From the NCBI GenBank assembly GCA_040182905.1, contig JARQWU010000055.1:1-46963 (forward strand): a stretch of 46,963 bases of DNA. Reading direction: 5' to 3'. Shown here in pieces: positions 1-11,700 of this stretch. The translations under genes and the position numbers were made by a program. The stretch is from Barthelona sp. PAP020 (lineage: Eukaryota). Every line of letters begins with the position of its first letter. Position 1 is the first letter of the stretch. The notes beneath the pieces were generated by a model. It had not been told where the DNA came from and searched no databases. It was given only the letters and a program-made list of their open reading frames with translations.

Positions 1-102
1 TTGATTGAAGTACGTGGAAAGAAACAAAAAGCTAAAATTGCCAAAATGCCTTTTGTTCCAAATGGTTTTTATCGTATTCCCGATGAATTGTTGTTGAAAT
101 AA
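1..102 (+). CDS. gcvT: Glycine cleavage system T protein (aminomethyltransferase), 3' end only
   Basis: Frame 1 reads LIEVRGKKQKAKIAKMPFVPNGFYRIPDELLLK*, matching the characteristic GCS-T C-terminus (VRGK...A.V.KMPFVP..Y). Below the ORF-track length cutoff and truncated by the window edge. Confidence 0.85.
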   Translation: MIEVRGKKQKAKIAKMPFVPNGFYRIPDELLLK

Positions 103-522
103 CCAGTTTATAAATGTATGTGCCTTTTTCTTGTTGATTTTTGATGATGGTGGGCGAAAATTCACTGATTCAATTTTCACCTTTTTTTTTTGCTTTAATT
201 AGTATTGAGGTTAAAGAAATCTTCAATTTGAGAATTACAAAAAAGTGCAAAGGATTATCGAAAAATTATTTGGAATTTTTAGGTTCAGATAACACAAAAG
301 ATGTTTAGTTATTATTGTTTTATCATAAATGATGGTATTTTTTGAAAATTCGCTTTCTTTGGAATGATATGAAAAAAGAATTTTCTTTTGAAAAATAAAG
401 CAATCATCTCTGTTGTTTTTACATGATTACTCATTTGAATCAAAATATACAAAAAAGTTCTTGAGAAGGAGAGCTATTTATGGTTTGGATCAATTTATTT
501 TTTTTTTTTTGATTATTGTTTT

Positions 523-2493
523 ATGGACGACTCTCTCAAACGGTTACATCATAATTGTAATGAACTTTCTGATGTTCCTACTGTGATGGAGTTTTTTGAA
601 ACTGTTCAAGTTATCACTGCCAAATATCATGAAAATCCACAACAATATCCAGATTTAATTGAAAAATTGCACACTGCTTCAAATGTTCTGGAAGAAATTA
701 TTGAATCACGCAGTGGTTGTTTTTGTTGTCCAAAAAAGGATGTTACTGGTGCACAGCTTCAAGACATTCGTCAAGCACATGATCAAGTTATTTTTATCTT
801 AGATGGAACTATTTATGGTGGAAGAGGCACTCCACCCAAAGTGCTTCATCCTGATGTTGAAACTTTTTGGTCGACGACATTTGGTGACACTTTAGTTATT
901 AAATCCAATCAATTTGTTAAAGCGGTTGTTGGTTATTTGATTAAAGATGAAGGATTTCAAAAGTTGGAAGGTACTGCAATGAAACATCTGCACACACACT
1001 TATATGCGTATGCTGATGGTTATTTATTAGGAGAACGAACCATGATTAGAAAGGAGGAATTGAGCAGTTTGTTGGATGGATTATCTTTGAAGGAAAGTTT
1101 TGAAAATTTCCAACCTGTGGAAGAAAAAAGAATTCAGGAATTTTTAACCATTTTTAAAGAAGAACGATCAATGGTAGCTGTTTTTGAAGCTTTATCTAAC
1201 AGAGTTCCCCACTCTTGTAATATCAGTCGTTTGATTGATTTAATTGCCAATCTTTTGAATAGTGATAATAGTGAGATTGCCATTAATATTGAAGAAGATG
1301 ATGTTGAACGTGATAATATTGAAATATTAGTTGCCAGTATTCGCAGAGCTTCTGTAACATCACTTCAATTTGGTTATTATCTTTTGAAACTTATTTTAAT
1401 AAAAGGGCCTGATAGTTCGTTGGATAGAATAAGAAGTGATTTGACAGAATTGAATCTACCTTCTTTAATGGCTATTCATTTAGCAAAATACAAAGAAAAT
1501 GTTAAGATCGTTCATAATATTTGCAACTGCATCACTTATTTATGTATTGTACCCCATAATATTAAACAATTGATGAGAGAAGAACAGGTTTTAAAGGCTC
1601 TTATCAGTTGTATTAGTTATCATGGTGCTAAAGAGTATGATGAAGCCGTTAAAATATTGCCTTCAATTTTTGAAGCAATCAGACATGCTGTTTGTGGTGT
1701 GCCATTGAGTAGACAAACTGTCAGTGAAAGTCAAGGAGATAGCATGATTGTTTCTTGCTTGCATCGTTTTGGTAATGATTCTGAGATCGTCATCAAAGGT
1801 TGTGGAGCTATTCAAAATATTGTTTGTATGAATTCTTTGTCAAAGGAAAAACTCAATACCAGTTCCAATGACGTTCCTGACTTTGCAAGAGTCTTGATAA
1901 ACCTTTTGCAAAACACATTGGGTGGAGAGAAAGATAAGACAGATGAAAAAGTTGCTGATGAAATTGAATCTATTTGCAGAGCAATGAGAAATTATGTTGC
2001 TCATAATAAAATTGGAAAAGATTTGCTGTTTGAGCATGGTATTGTTGAAACTTTTGAAGGGTTAATATTAGAATGGAGAAATAACCTCCTTGTCATTGGA
2101 CGTATTTGTTCTGTTATTGAAAATTTAGGAACAAAGAATGATACAAGAGCTTTATTCAATGAATCTGGATTTTATGCTGTTCTTCCAAAAATATTGGTTG
2201 ATGCTGAAACTTCTATTGGTAACAGTGAACTTGTTGATGCTATTAGATTTATCATTTCAGCGTTAAAAACTTTGGGCTGTGATAAAGATACTTTGGTAAA
2301 TTTAAAAGCACATGGTTTCTTGCATTATTTGACCAGGTTATCAAAATCAAAAAATTCTTCTTTCTCCGAAATAGCTTTAAACACATTGAATATATATTAT
2401 AACAGATTATCTTTAACTTTGGGAGCAAATTTTTTTAATCTTGATATTAATGATCCAAATGAGTCTAGTATCATCCAAATTGATATTGAATAA
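523..2493 (+). CDS. Armadillo-repeat protein with a helical N-terminal region (possible Cbl-like 4-helix + EF-like module)
   Basis: 656-aa ORF. The C-terminal half has ARM-like helical repeats (e.g. IVIKGCGAIQNI, IESICRAMRNY, VIGRICSVIENLG). The N-terminal region contains ETFWSTTFGDTLVI. Confidence 0.7.
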   Translation: MDDSLKRLHHNCNELSDVPTVMEFFETVQVITAKYHENPQQYPDLIEKLHTASNVLEEIIESRSGCFCCPKKDVTGAQLQDIRQAHDQVIFILDGTIYGGRGTPPKVLHPDVETFWSTTFGDTLVIKSNQFVKAVVGYLIKDEGFQKLEGTAMKHLHTHLYAYADGYLLGERTMIRKEELSSLLDGLSLKESFENFQPVEEKRIQEFLTIFKEERSMVAVFEALSNRVPHSCNISRLIDLIANLLNSDNSEIAINIEEDDVERDNIEILVASIRRASVTSLQFGYYLLKLILIKGPDSSLDRIRSDLTELNLPSLMAIHLAKYKENVKIVHNICNCITYLCIVPHNIKQLMREEQVLKALISCISYHGAKEYDEAVKILPSIFEAIRHAVCGVPLSRQTVSESQGDSMIVSCLHRFGNDSEIVIKGCGAIQNIVCMNSLSKEKLNTSSNDVPDFARVLINLLQNTLGGEKDKTDEKVADEIESICRAMRNYVAHNKIGKDLLFEHGIVETFEGLILEWRNNLLVIGRICSVIENLGTKNDTRALFNESGFYAVLPKILVDAETSIGNSELVDAIRFIISALKTLGCDKDTLVNLKAHGFLHYLTRLSKSKNSSFSEIALNTLNIYYNRLSLTLGANFFNLDINDPNESSIIQIDIE

Positions 2494-2717
2494 GTGATTA
2501 CATAAAAATGGTGAAAATAAATTTAGTTTTTTACAATTTTTTTTGTTTGTTTCCCTTCAAAGTGTTAAAGATCAATGAACTGTTTGCATTTGTTTCATTT
2601 ATCTTTTTTATAGAAATACAATCAAAAAGAATCGCCCATTCAGTTTAAAAGATTATCTTTATAAAAACAAGATGAAAAGGAAAACGGGTCAAACCAATTT
2701 TTTTTTATTTCCACAAT

Positions 2718-5700
2718 ATGGATGCTGACTCATTAGGTGTGTGTAAGCAATTCATTACTACATCTATTATTAATAATTTTGGATTATTGGAAGTTCCAAA
2801 TGTTGAAGATATTAGGGAATCATTAAATAATCAAGAAGAATTGGTCGGTTTTATTGAAAATCCTTCCATAATAACACTCCACGCATTTGTTTCAATGGTT
2901 GAAAACAATCTTCAAGTGTTATTATCCCATTCAGTTGAAATATCTGGAGGGTTATCGCATTTAATGATCATTAAAAATTCCATAGTCCCTTTAACACCAC
3001 AAACTATTGTACAAAATTTGACAATTACTACAATTTCGAGTAGTCCTAAAGCATCTTTATTTAATTTATTAAAAAATGTGTATACTCCTATGCTCACTGG
3101 AGATTCGAAATTATCCATGTTGTTACAAGAATTAACAATTGGATTGAGTGATAGTTCGGCAAGAGAATCTTTTGATGGAGATATGTCAGGCATAATGAAT
3201 CCATCTGATGAAATTAGTTTTTGGTTAAATTTGCAGCAAAAAGGTTCACAATTAACAGAAATTCAACGTCAACAATCCAGTAGATTTTCAACCATTTTTG
3301 AACCGGTAAGTTCAAATCTGCTAAGCATAGAAACATTAGATTTACCTGTATTATTAGAGTTTTTAGATGATTTACAAGATGTCTTGCAAGATTTATATTC
3401 CAACTGTTATCCTCAAGAACGCATGTTGCACTTTTTGAAGATATTAGCCAGTTCAGTTTACATTAGGTTAATCACGTTGTTGGGAGATTTGAGTATTTGG
3501 CGTAATTTTTCTGGTGAATTACTGTTAGCTCAAAGAAGTGGAGATGAGAATATATCCAAAGATTTAATCAAAGAAAAAGAAGTTATTCGCGATTCTTTGG
3601 TATTAGTTAAATCTATTTGTCAAAAATTCAACACTGTAACGACTTTTTTAACTTCTAGATTGTGGAATAATTGGAATTCTTCATTATTTGATGATGAATG
3701 TCCAAGAGTTTTATTAAAACGAACCCCTCAAAAAAAATGGAGCAATGGAACATTTTCTTCCAAAGAATTGGATTTATTGGAAGAGAGAATTGAGGCTATT
3801 ATTGGATTGCAAAATTTATACGAAGGATTATGTTCTATTATTTTACAGGGTGATAATGCTGTTGTTACTGCTGAGAATAGATCCAAATTGTTTCTTGAAT
3901 TGTTTGAAGGATTCATTCAAATCAATTGTTTTCATGTGTCTGAGTATGCCCGGAAGGATTGGGTCAATGCTGTACATCAATTTGATCAAGGTTTGGCTAA
4001 ATATGAAACTGAGTTGATCAATTTTATCCGCAAAAGTTTAGAATCGGATCAATCAATTATTCCTGTATTACAAGAATTGATTGGATATAGAGAGTTTTTA
4101 AAGCGTAGAACGGTTTTGGAACAAGTTAAAGGGTTGTTGGTTAATTTCTTAGGAAAGATTAAAACCACTGTTGAAAATCTTCAAAATGAATATTTAAGTT
4201 TTCCTTTCACCGAAGTTTATGATGTGTGGCAAGATTATGAATTTTGCAAAAATATTACGGTTAAAAACAAGAATGAAGAAGAAATAACCAATATCCAAAA
4301 ACATTCATCTAACTTTACAAATGAAGTCGGATTTTTAGTGCAAATCAACAATAGTGTTGAGTTGATTAACGTTGCATATGTTGAATTATTGGCAATTATT
4401 GATTTAAAATCCAAATCTCAGTCTTCAGATTCTTATGAACATCCGATCAATGGCATTGATCAAGATCGTTTTATGGAAGTTGCAAAAATTGTTCAATCCT
4501 TTTGTGATTTATGTTCAAGACACAAGCAGGCCTTATTTAATATTTGGCTTGGAAATGTTCGAGACAACATTAAGCACAAAGTTATTCCCACATCATTCTC
4601 TGGTAACATAATGGAAATTAGCTCTGGAGGTAATGTTGAAGAAGGAAATATCAAAGTCAATTTTTCTGATGAAGCTGTTATATTATTGAGTGATATCAGG
4701 TTTTTACAAGCATTAGATTTTAAAATACCTAGTGATTTAATTGATGTATGTAAAAATTTGAAGAAATTCCATAGTTCTGCAGTTTTTGTAAAACAAATGG
4801 CCAATTTTTACAATACTATGTCATTACAAATGATTCCATCCCAAAAAACCATGTTGTTAAATGCTGCCTTACATTTTGAAAATGTCATGACTGGGAAAAA
4901 AGATTATGGAAAGAATGAAATATCTTGGGATTCTCCTGATCAAATGAAGAAATATATTAATGAGATAAGTGAAGCCAGTGAGTCATTGGTTTCATTGAAT
5001 CGCAAATTGCGAAGATATCATGAATTGATGATTAGCAAAATAATTTTATTGTATTCCTTAAATTATTTTGCTAACAGTCACATATTTAGAGAAAATTCTT
5101 CATTTATTCGCAAAAAAGTCTTTGAATTATACAGTCAAAAATATAATATTAAGAATTGGAAGAAGCATTTGAATTGGCAATTGCATAAAATGGTTAGTTA
5201 TCAATATTCCAACATGCTTTCTTTTATCATCAAAAAATTAAGTATTGAAACTGAAGCAGCAGATGAAAATGATTTCCAAGATATTATGATTGATGTTGTT
5301 GTTGTATTAAATGATGGGCAAATTGAGTTTCAAAATTTGACAAAATCTCAATTGAAATTGAAATATTATCGTGAATTAAAGAAAATTTTGATGTTACCTG
5401 TACAATTTGGAGGTATTGCAGCTAAATCTAGTGATATTGAACCTCATTTTAAGCAGATAATTTTTGGACAAAATGAAAAACTGGTTACAATCATGAAGAA
5501 ATCAACAATATTATTTAAACGTGTTGATATCATATTAAACGCTTTAGATGAATGGAATTTTGTTAGTAAATTAACTAATTTTGAGGAATTTTGTTCTGAA
5601 CATTTGAAATCAAGTGAGGATTACAATGAATTCTTTAAAACTTTGAGAAATTATTCCAAATTATTGAATCATTTACCTGAATTTATTCAAATGAGTTTCT

Positions 5701-8700
5701 TTAAGTTTGATTTAACCAAATTTAAGGAGAGTATTGACTCATCAATCAAACATTTGGGTGATTCCTTTTTAAATAATTTGGCAAGTCAAATCAAAACTCA
5801 ATGTGAAAAATTAAAACATTGGATTGAAAGCTCACAACAATTATTCAAGGATGAGAATGAAGAAGATGATGAAAGTGTTAGTAAAAACAAAGGATTTGAA
5901 GTGCAAAAAGTAGAAAGTCTTGATGACATTCAACGTATTACAAAGAATTTGAAGATTATTAAGAAAGATTTGGATGAATATGTTTTAGAAGAAGTTAATA
6001 CCATAAATAGAAATAATTCATTATTGGAATTGTTAGTTGGACAAAATATCACAATTCAATTGGTTGTTGAATCTACTATGACAGAATTTGATCATTTTAA
6101 AGATTTGATTGATAGTTTTGAGGCATTGTTAACTGAAGAATTAAGGAGTTATAGACAGAAAGTCAATGAAAATATTCGTGATTTTGAAGCATTATTGTTG
6201 AGATTTGCTGAAAATTGGAACAATGTTAAACCTCAAAACATTGTTTTTAGTGATGTTGATGCAGTTGATTCAACAGTTAAATTATTAACAGCACAAAGAA
6301 CAAATCTTAATGATTTACAAAAGCAAGAACAGAAGATTCAAGAAGAATTAGAGTTCTTTTCAATGGAAACAAGAAAATTCCCTCAAATCGAAGAAGTTGG
6401 GAAAGAAGTTACTCAATATTTCGATAATTTTAATCTTATTGCTGAATTTAATGAACAATTTGAAAAATTATTTGTTCAAGATTGGTTTGTTGTAAGAGCT
6501 TCCTTGTTTGAATTTGAAGATTTGATTAATATATGGACTAAGAGATTAAATGATATGAGAGAAGAAATGTTAGAAAATATGGAAACTACAAATACACTCA
6601 GTAATTCAGGATTTAATTCCGTTTTCCAATTCTTATTCAATGAAAACCTTAAAAATTATCGTGATGTGTATCCAATTCTAAAATTGATCACTGGTGAGAA
6701 CTTTACCACCACTCATTGGTCAGAACTTCTTGTGATTTTATCTATAAAGAATAAGAAGTTTAAAGACGTTACTTTTAAAGATTTGATTGATTGTGTAAAG
6801 GTATTCTTTGAAAAAGAAAAAGAAATAAGAGTTTTGTATAACAGAGCACAAGGGGAAGTAATGATTCGTGACGCTTTACAAGAATTAGATAGTTGGGGAA
6901 CTTCACAAACATTTGAATTGGCTGAGTATACCAACGAAATGTTAAGCACTAATATTATTAAAGATTGGAACGATTTATTCACTGTTGTTTCTGATAATCA
7001 AGCATTATTAAATTCTTTGAAAGAATCACCATATTTCCCCAATTTTGAAGCCCAAATTTTATTCTGGGAAGCTAAAATTGAAGCTATTGTTAGGTTATTG
7101 CAAAATATCAACAATATTCAAAGAAAATGGGTTTATTTAAACCCCATTTTCCTTAGAGGTTCAATTCCTAAGGAGAAAAAGAAATTTAAACAGTTAAACG
7201 ATGAAATTCTAGTGTTTTTTAAGTATTTCACTGTAAATCCTGCTATTTTTGATGTATTGAGATTCAATAAATTGGAAAGACCAGATCAATCTTTAAGTTT
7301 AAGCGTTAAATCACTCAGTGAGAGATCTTTGCCAATCTTTACATTCACCAATAATACAGTTAAAGCATTAGAAGTATTCCAAAAGAAATTATTTGACTTT
7401 TTGGAAGAAAAACGTGAAATATTCCCTCGTTTTTACTTTTTGGGAGATGATGATCTTCTTGAAGTTTTAGGACAATCTCAAAATATCGAAGTTTTGCAAA
7501 CTCATATGAAGAAACTATTTTCTGGTATTTCTAAAATTGTTGTTGAAGCAGAAATTGATGAGGTTGATAATTCTGAGCAAAAGAAAATTATTGAGATTAT
7601 TTCTTCGACAGATGAACACATGTTATTAAATAAGCCTGTTTGGATCACTAGGGGTAGAAATACAGAACATTTAACAGCTAATTTAGATGAAAGTGGAAGC
7701 ACTGATGAAGGTTTGAAAACTTATTTACCAGTTGAAATTTGGTTAAATGAATTGGAAAAAGTCGTTAGTGAAACATTGAAAGAATTAACTTATGAATGTG
7801 TTCAGCAAATTGATTTGGAAAATTATCCCATACAATCTATTTTATTGAGTTATTCAGTTGCTTTTACCAAAGCTGTCGAAAAAAAAATGGAATCTCCTGA
7901 TATCTCGTCAAGAAAGAGCAAATTGGAGAAATATAAAGAAGAAATTAGTATTGGAATGTCACAATATATCGCAGTTACTGAGACATGTGAACCATTATTA
8001 AGAATGAATATCAAAGCATTAATCTTTGATTTAGTTCATCAATTGGATATTCTTCAAGAATTAATTGAGCATCCTGATCCAACAGCCAAGTGTTTCTTGT
8101 GGAATCGTCAATTGAGGTTTTATGTTGACAAGGACAAGACTGTATATTGTGAATGTTGTGATGCCAAATTCCCATATGGTTATGAATATTTGAGTCACAC
8201 ACCCAAATTGGTACATACTCCATTGACGGATAAATTGTATCTTACACTAACACAAGGTTTAATGTTTGGTTATGGTGGTAATCCTGTTGGTCCTGCTGGT
8301 ACAGGAAAGACAGAATCTGTCAAACAATTGGCTTCTATTATGGGGTTAATGTGTATTGTTTTAAATTGTGATGAAGGTATTGATTATCGTTCAATGGGAC
8401 GTATCTTCACTGGTTTGGTCAAATGTGGTGCTTGGGGTTGTTTTGATGAATTCAATCGTTTGGATGAAGAGGTGTTGTCTGCCATTTCAACTCAAATTAG
8501 TGCTATTCAAAACAGCATAAAAAATAAAAGTCCTTTCACTGAGTTATTAGGAAAGCAAATTCCAACAAACCCTGCTACAGGTATTTTTGTTACAATGAAT
8601 CCTTTGTCCAAGGAATATCAAGGTCGTTCATTGCTGCCTGATAATCTTAAGGCTCTTTTCAGAGAAATTAAAATGATTAAACCTTCATTACACAAGATTA

Positions 8701-11700
8701 TCCAAAATCTTTTGTTCCTTGAGAATTATTCCCTTGAATATCTTCCTTCTTTGACTGCCAGAACTGTGTTTTTCTTCACCGTTGTTAGTAATCAATTGTC
8801 TCCTCAAAACCATTATGATTGGGGTTTACGTTCATTGAAGACTATCATTGCTATGGCTGGTAGATTGATGAGAAATCGAAAAACTAAAATGAAACAAAGA
8901 TTATTAGAGGAAGATCCTGAATTAGCTAACATGACTGATGAAGATATAAGAGACAAAATTCAAATTTCTGAGCAAGAACAATCAGATTTGATTGTTCAAG
9001 CTATCCGTATGTCAACAGTTGCTAAATTGACTGCTGATGATCTAAAAACATTTGATCAATTGTTGAGAGATATTTTCCCCAACGTGGGAGATGAACAAAA
9101 ACTTACCTCCAATGAAAAGATTGAAATGGTTCTTAATGAATACACTTTTGACAAATTAGGTCTTACAAAATCACCTGCTCAAGTTCATAAAGTGTTACAA
9201 GTATGGAATAATGTAACTCAACGTATGGGGGTATGTATAGTTGGTCCTTCCTTATCAGGAAAAACTACAGTTTGGAAATTATTAACTGAAACTCTTAGAT
9301 TCTGCGGTATTGACTGTCATATTGATGTAATTTCTCCTAAGTCAATGCCTAGACAAAAATTATTGGGTAATATGGATTTGGATACAAGAGAATGGGAAGA
9401 TGGTGTGTTAACTGCGTCGGGAAGAAGAGCTCAAAAGCGTATTGCTTCTTTGTCACATTTACCTTTTGCATCTGATGTAATTGAAGATTTAGATGTTGAA
9501 GCCCTTGTTTTGGACTTCAAAGACAAAGGTGAAGTTCCCAAGAGTCGTCCAACAATTGGTTTCTGTACTTATGTGATCTGTGATGGTGATATTGATCCTG
9601 AATGGATTGAATCATTGAATTCAGTGTTAGATGATAATGCTTTGTTGACTTTGCCCTCTGGTGAACGTATTAAGTTCGATAGATCTGTCAATTTCTTGTT
9701 TGAAACTGAATCATTATTATATGCTTCTCCTGCCACCGTTTCACGTATGGGTATGGTATTTTTATCTGAATTAGATAATGATTTGAATGCTATGGCTACT
9801 ACTTTAATTAAAGAAGCAAAAGATCTTCGTAATCCTGTTGAGTTACAAGATTGGTTGGAAAATATTTTAATCCCTGTAATTATTGATTATACCAAGAATC
9901 ATGAAAATGCGTTCATGCTTCCTTGTACTCCTGGTGGACTTATGAGAGCCATATTCCCACATGTTCGCAATTGTACTGATCAACAGGAATTTTTAGTTGG
10001 TCTTGGTCTTGGTTTATCTCCTTCACTTATTCCTGAAGCTCGTGATGACTTTATCAAGACTTTGTTCCAACAAAATAAATTCCACACTAGATTGCCTGAT
10101 TCACAAAATCCTTTGAATATGTCTTATGACACTGACTCTCGATCAATTGAGGATTTAGCTATGGCTTGGGATGTGAATGAGGAAGAACCTCTTGATGTAA
10201 GTGAAATGAATTGTTTGCGCAGAGTTCCTACCTCACATATGTTAAGTTATGAGAATGTTCTATTGACCTGGTTGTGGAATGAATTTGACAAGGGTGATGA
10301 TGCAATATCTTCAGCAACTTTGTTAATTGGCCAACCTGCATCTGGTAAGAATACATTATTTGGCAATGTTATTTCTTCAATCAAAAAGGATATGAAAGAA
10401 AATGGACGTTCTTTACATTTATACACATTGACTTGTAGTAGATTCACTCAAACTGCTGATATCATTGAAATAATCAAATCTAATACTGATGAAGTTATTC
10501 AAGGGTCTGATTTGATACTCATGCCTGCAAGAAACAGTCAAATGGTCATTTACCTGAAGAATTTCTTCCAACTACATTTTGATCAATATGGTACTTCTGA
10601 AGTCAATGAATTTTTGTTTTCATTATTGTCTCTTGGTGGATTTTATGATTCGAAGACCAATGAATTTGTTCATATCAAGAATATCAGTTTTGTGTTCAGC
10701 AGTGATTTGGGCATGATGGGTGGAGACAGTAAAAAATTAATCAGTGAACGTCTCGCATCTTGTGTCAACATTTGCTATCTTCATTTCCCTTCTAAAGAAG
10801 AAATTGAGGTTGTTGGTAATGAATTAATCAAACAATCAGTGCATATGGAAGAAAATTTCATGCAACAATTGGTATCTGCCTCTGTTGAATTATATTTTAG
10901 ATTGAATAAAGAGTTACAAGATCAAAATACCAAATATCCAGACTATTTTTCTTTTAATCCTCGTGATTTAATCTCATTATTGTTAAATTTGGACAGATAT
11001 GAATTGATTCCCACTGATTTTATTGTTGACAAAATGATGTTAGAAAGAGAAGCTAAAAAGGAAGGAAAATCAGAAGAAGCTAAACAACTACTGGCTGATC
11101 AAATTAAAAAAGCTTCAAATATGGATAAAAAGCAATGTTTATTAAACGCCTGGTTTAATGAATCTGTTGTGTTGTTTGAAAACAGATTGACAACTCAAAT
11201 GTCAAAACATCGCTTCCTTACCATTCTTACAAATGTTTTCCAAAATAGATTCCATTCTTATGATGTTCCTTCTATTAATGAAATTTTATTTACATCCGTA
11301 GCTCAATATTTAAAAGAGGATATTGTTGCTTCATTTACAACAGGAGACGTTACTCTTCAAACTAACACTCAAACTGCTCTGGCAAACAAGAAATTGATAC
11401 AAATTTCCAGAGGCAATTTGAAAGGATTGTTGAATTATTACATCAAACAATATTACCGTGAAGTGTCAGAATCACCCATTTTTGTGACAAAAGAATTGTT
11501 AAATATCTTTTCAAAAATTGACAGACATTTTTGTCATCATAAAGACCAATCTCTGATATTACTTACACCTCCAGGGCTTGGTAGAACAACAGCTTGGTCA
11601 TTGTATTGTTTCATTAAACAAGTTGAATTATACACGCCTTACTACATGCGTGGATTGAATCTGAAATATTTCAGAAATGAGTTGAAACAACAAATTGTTA

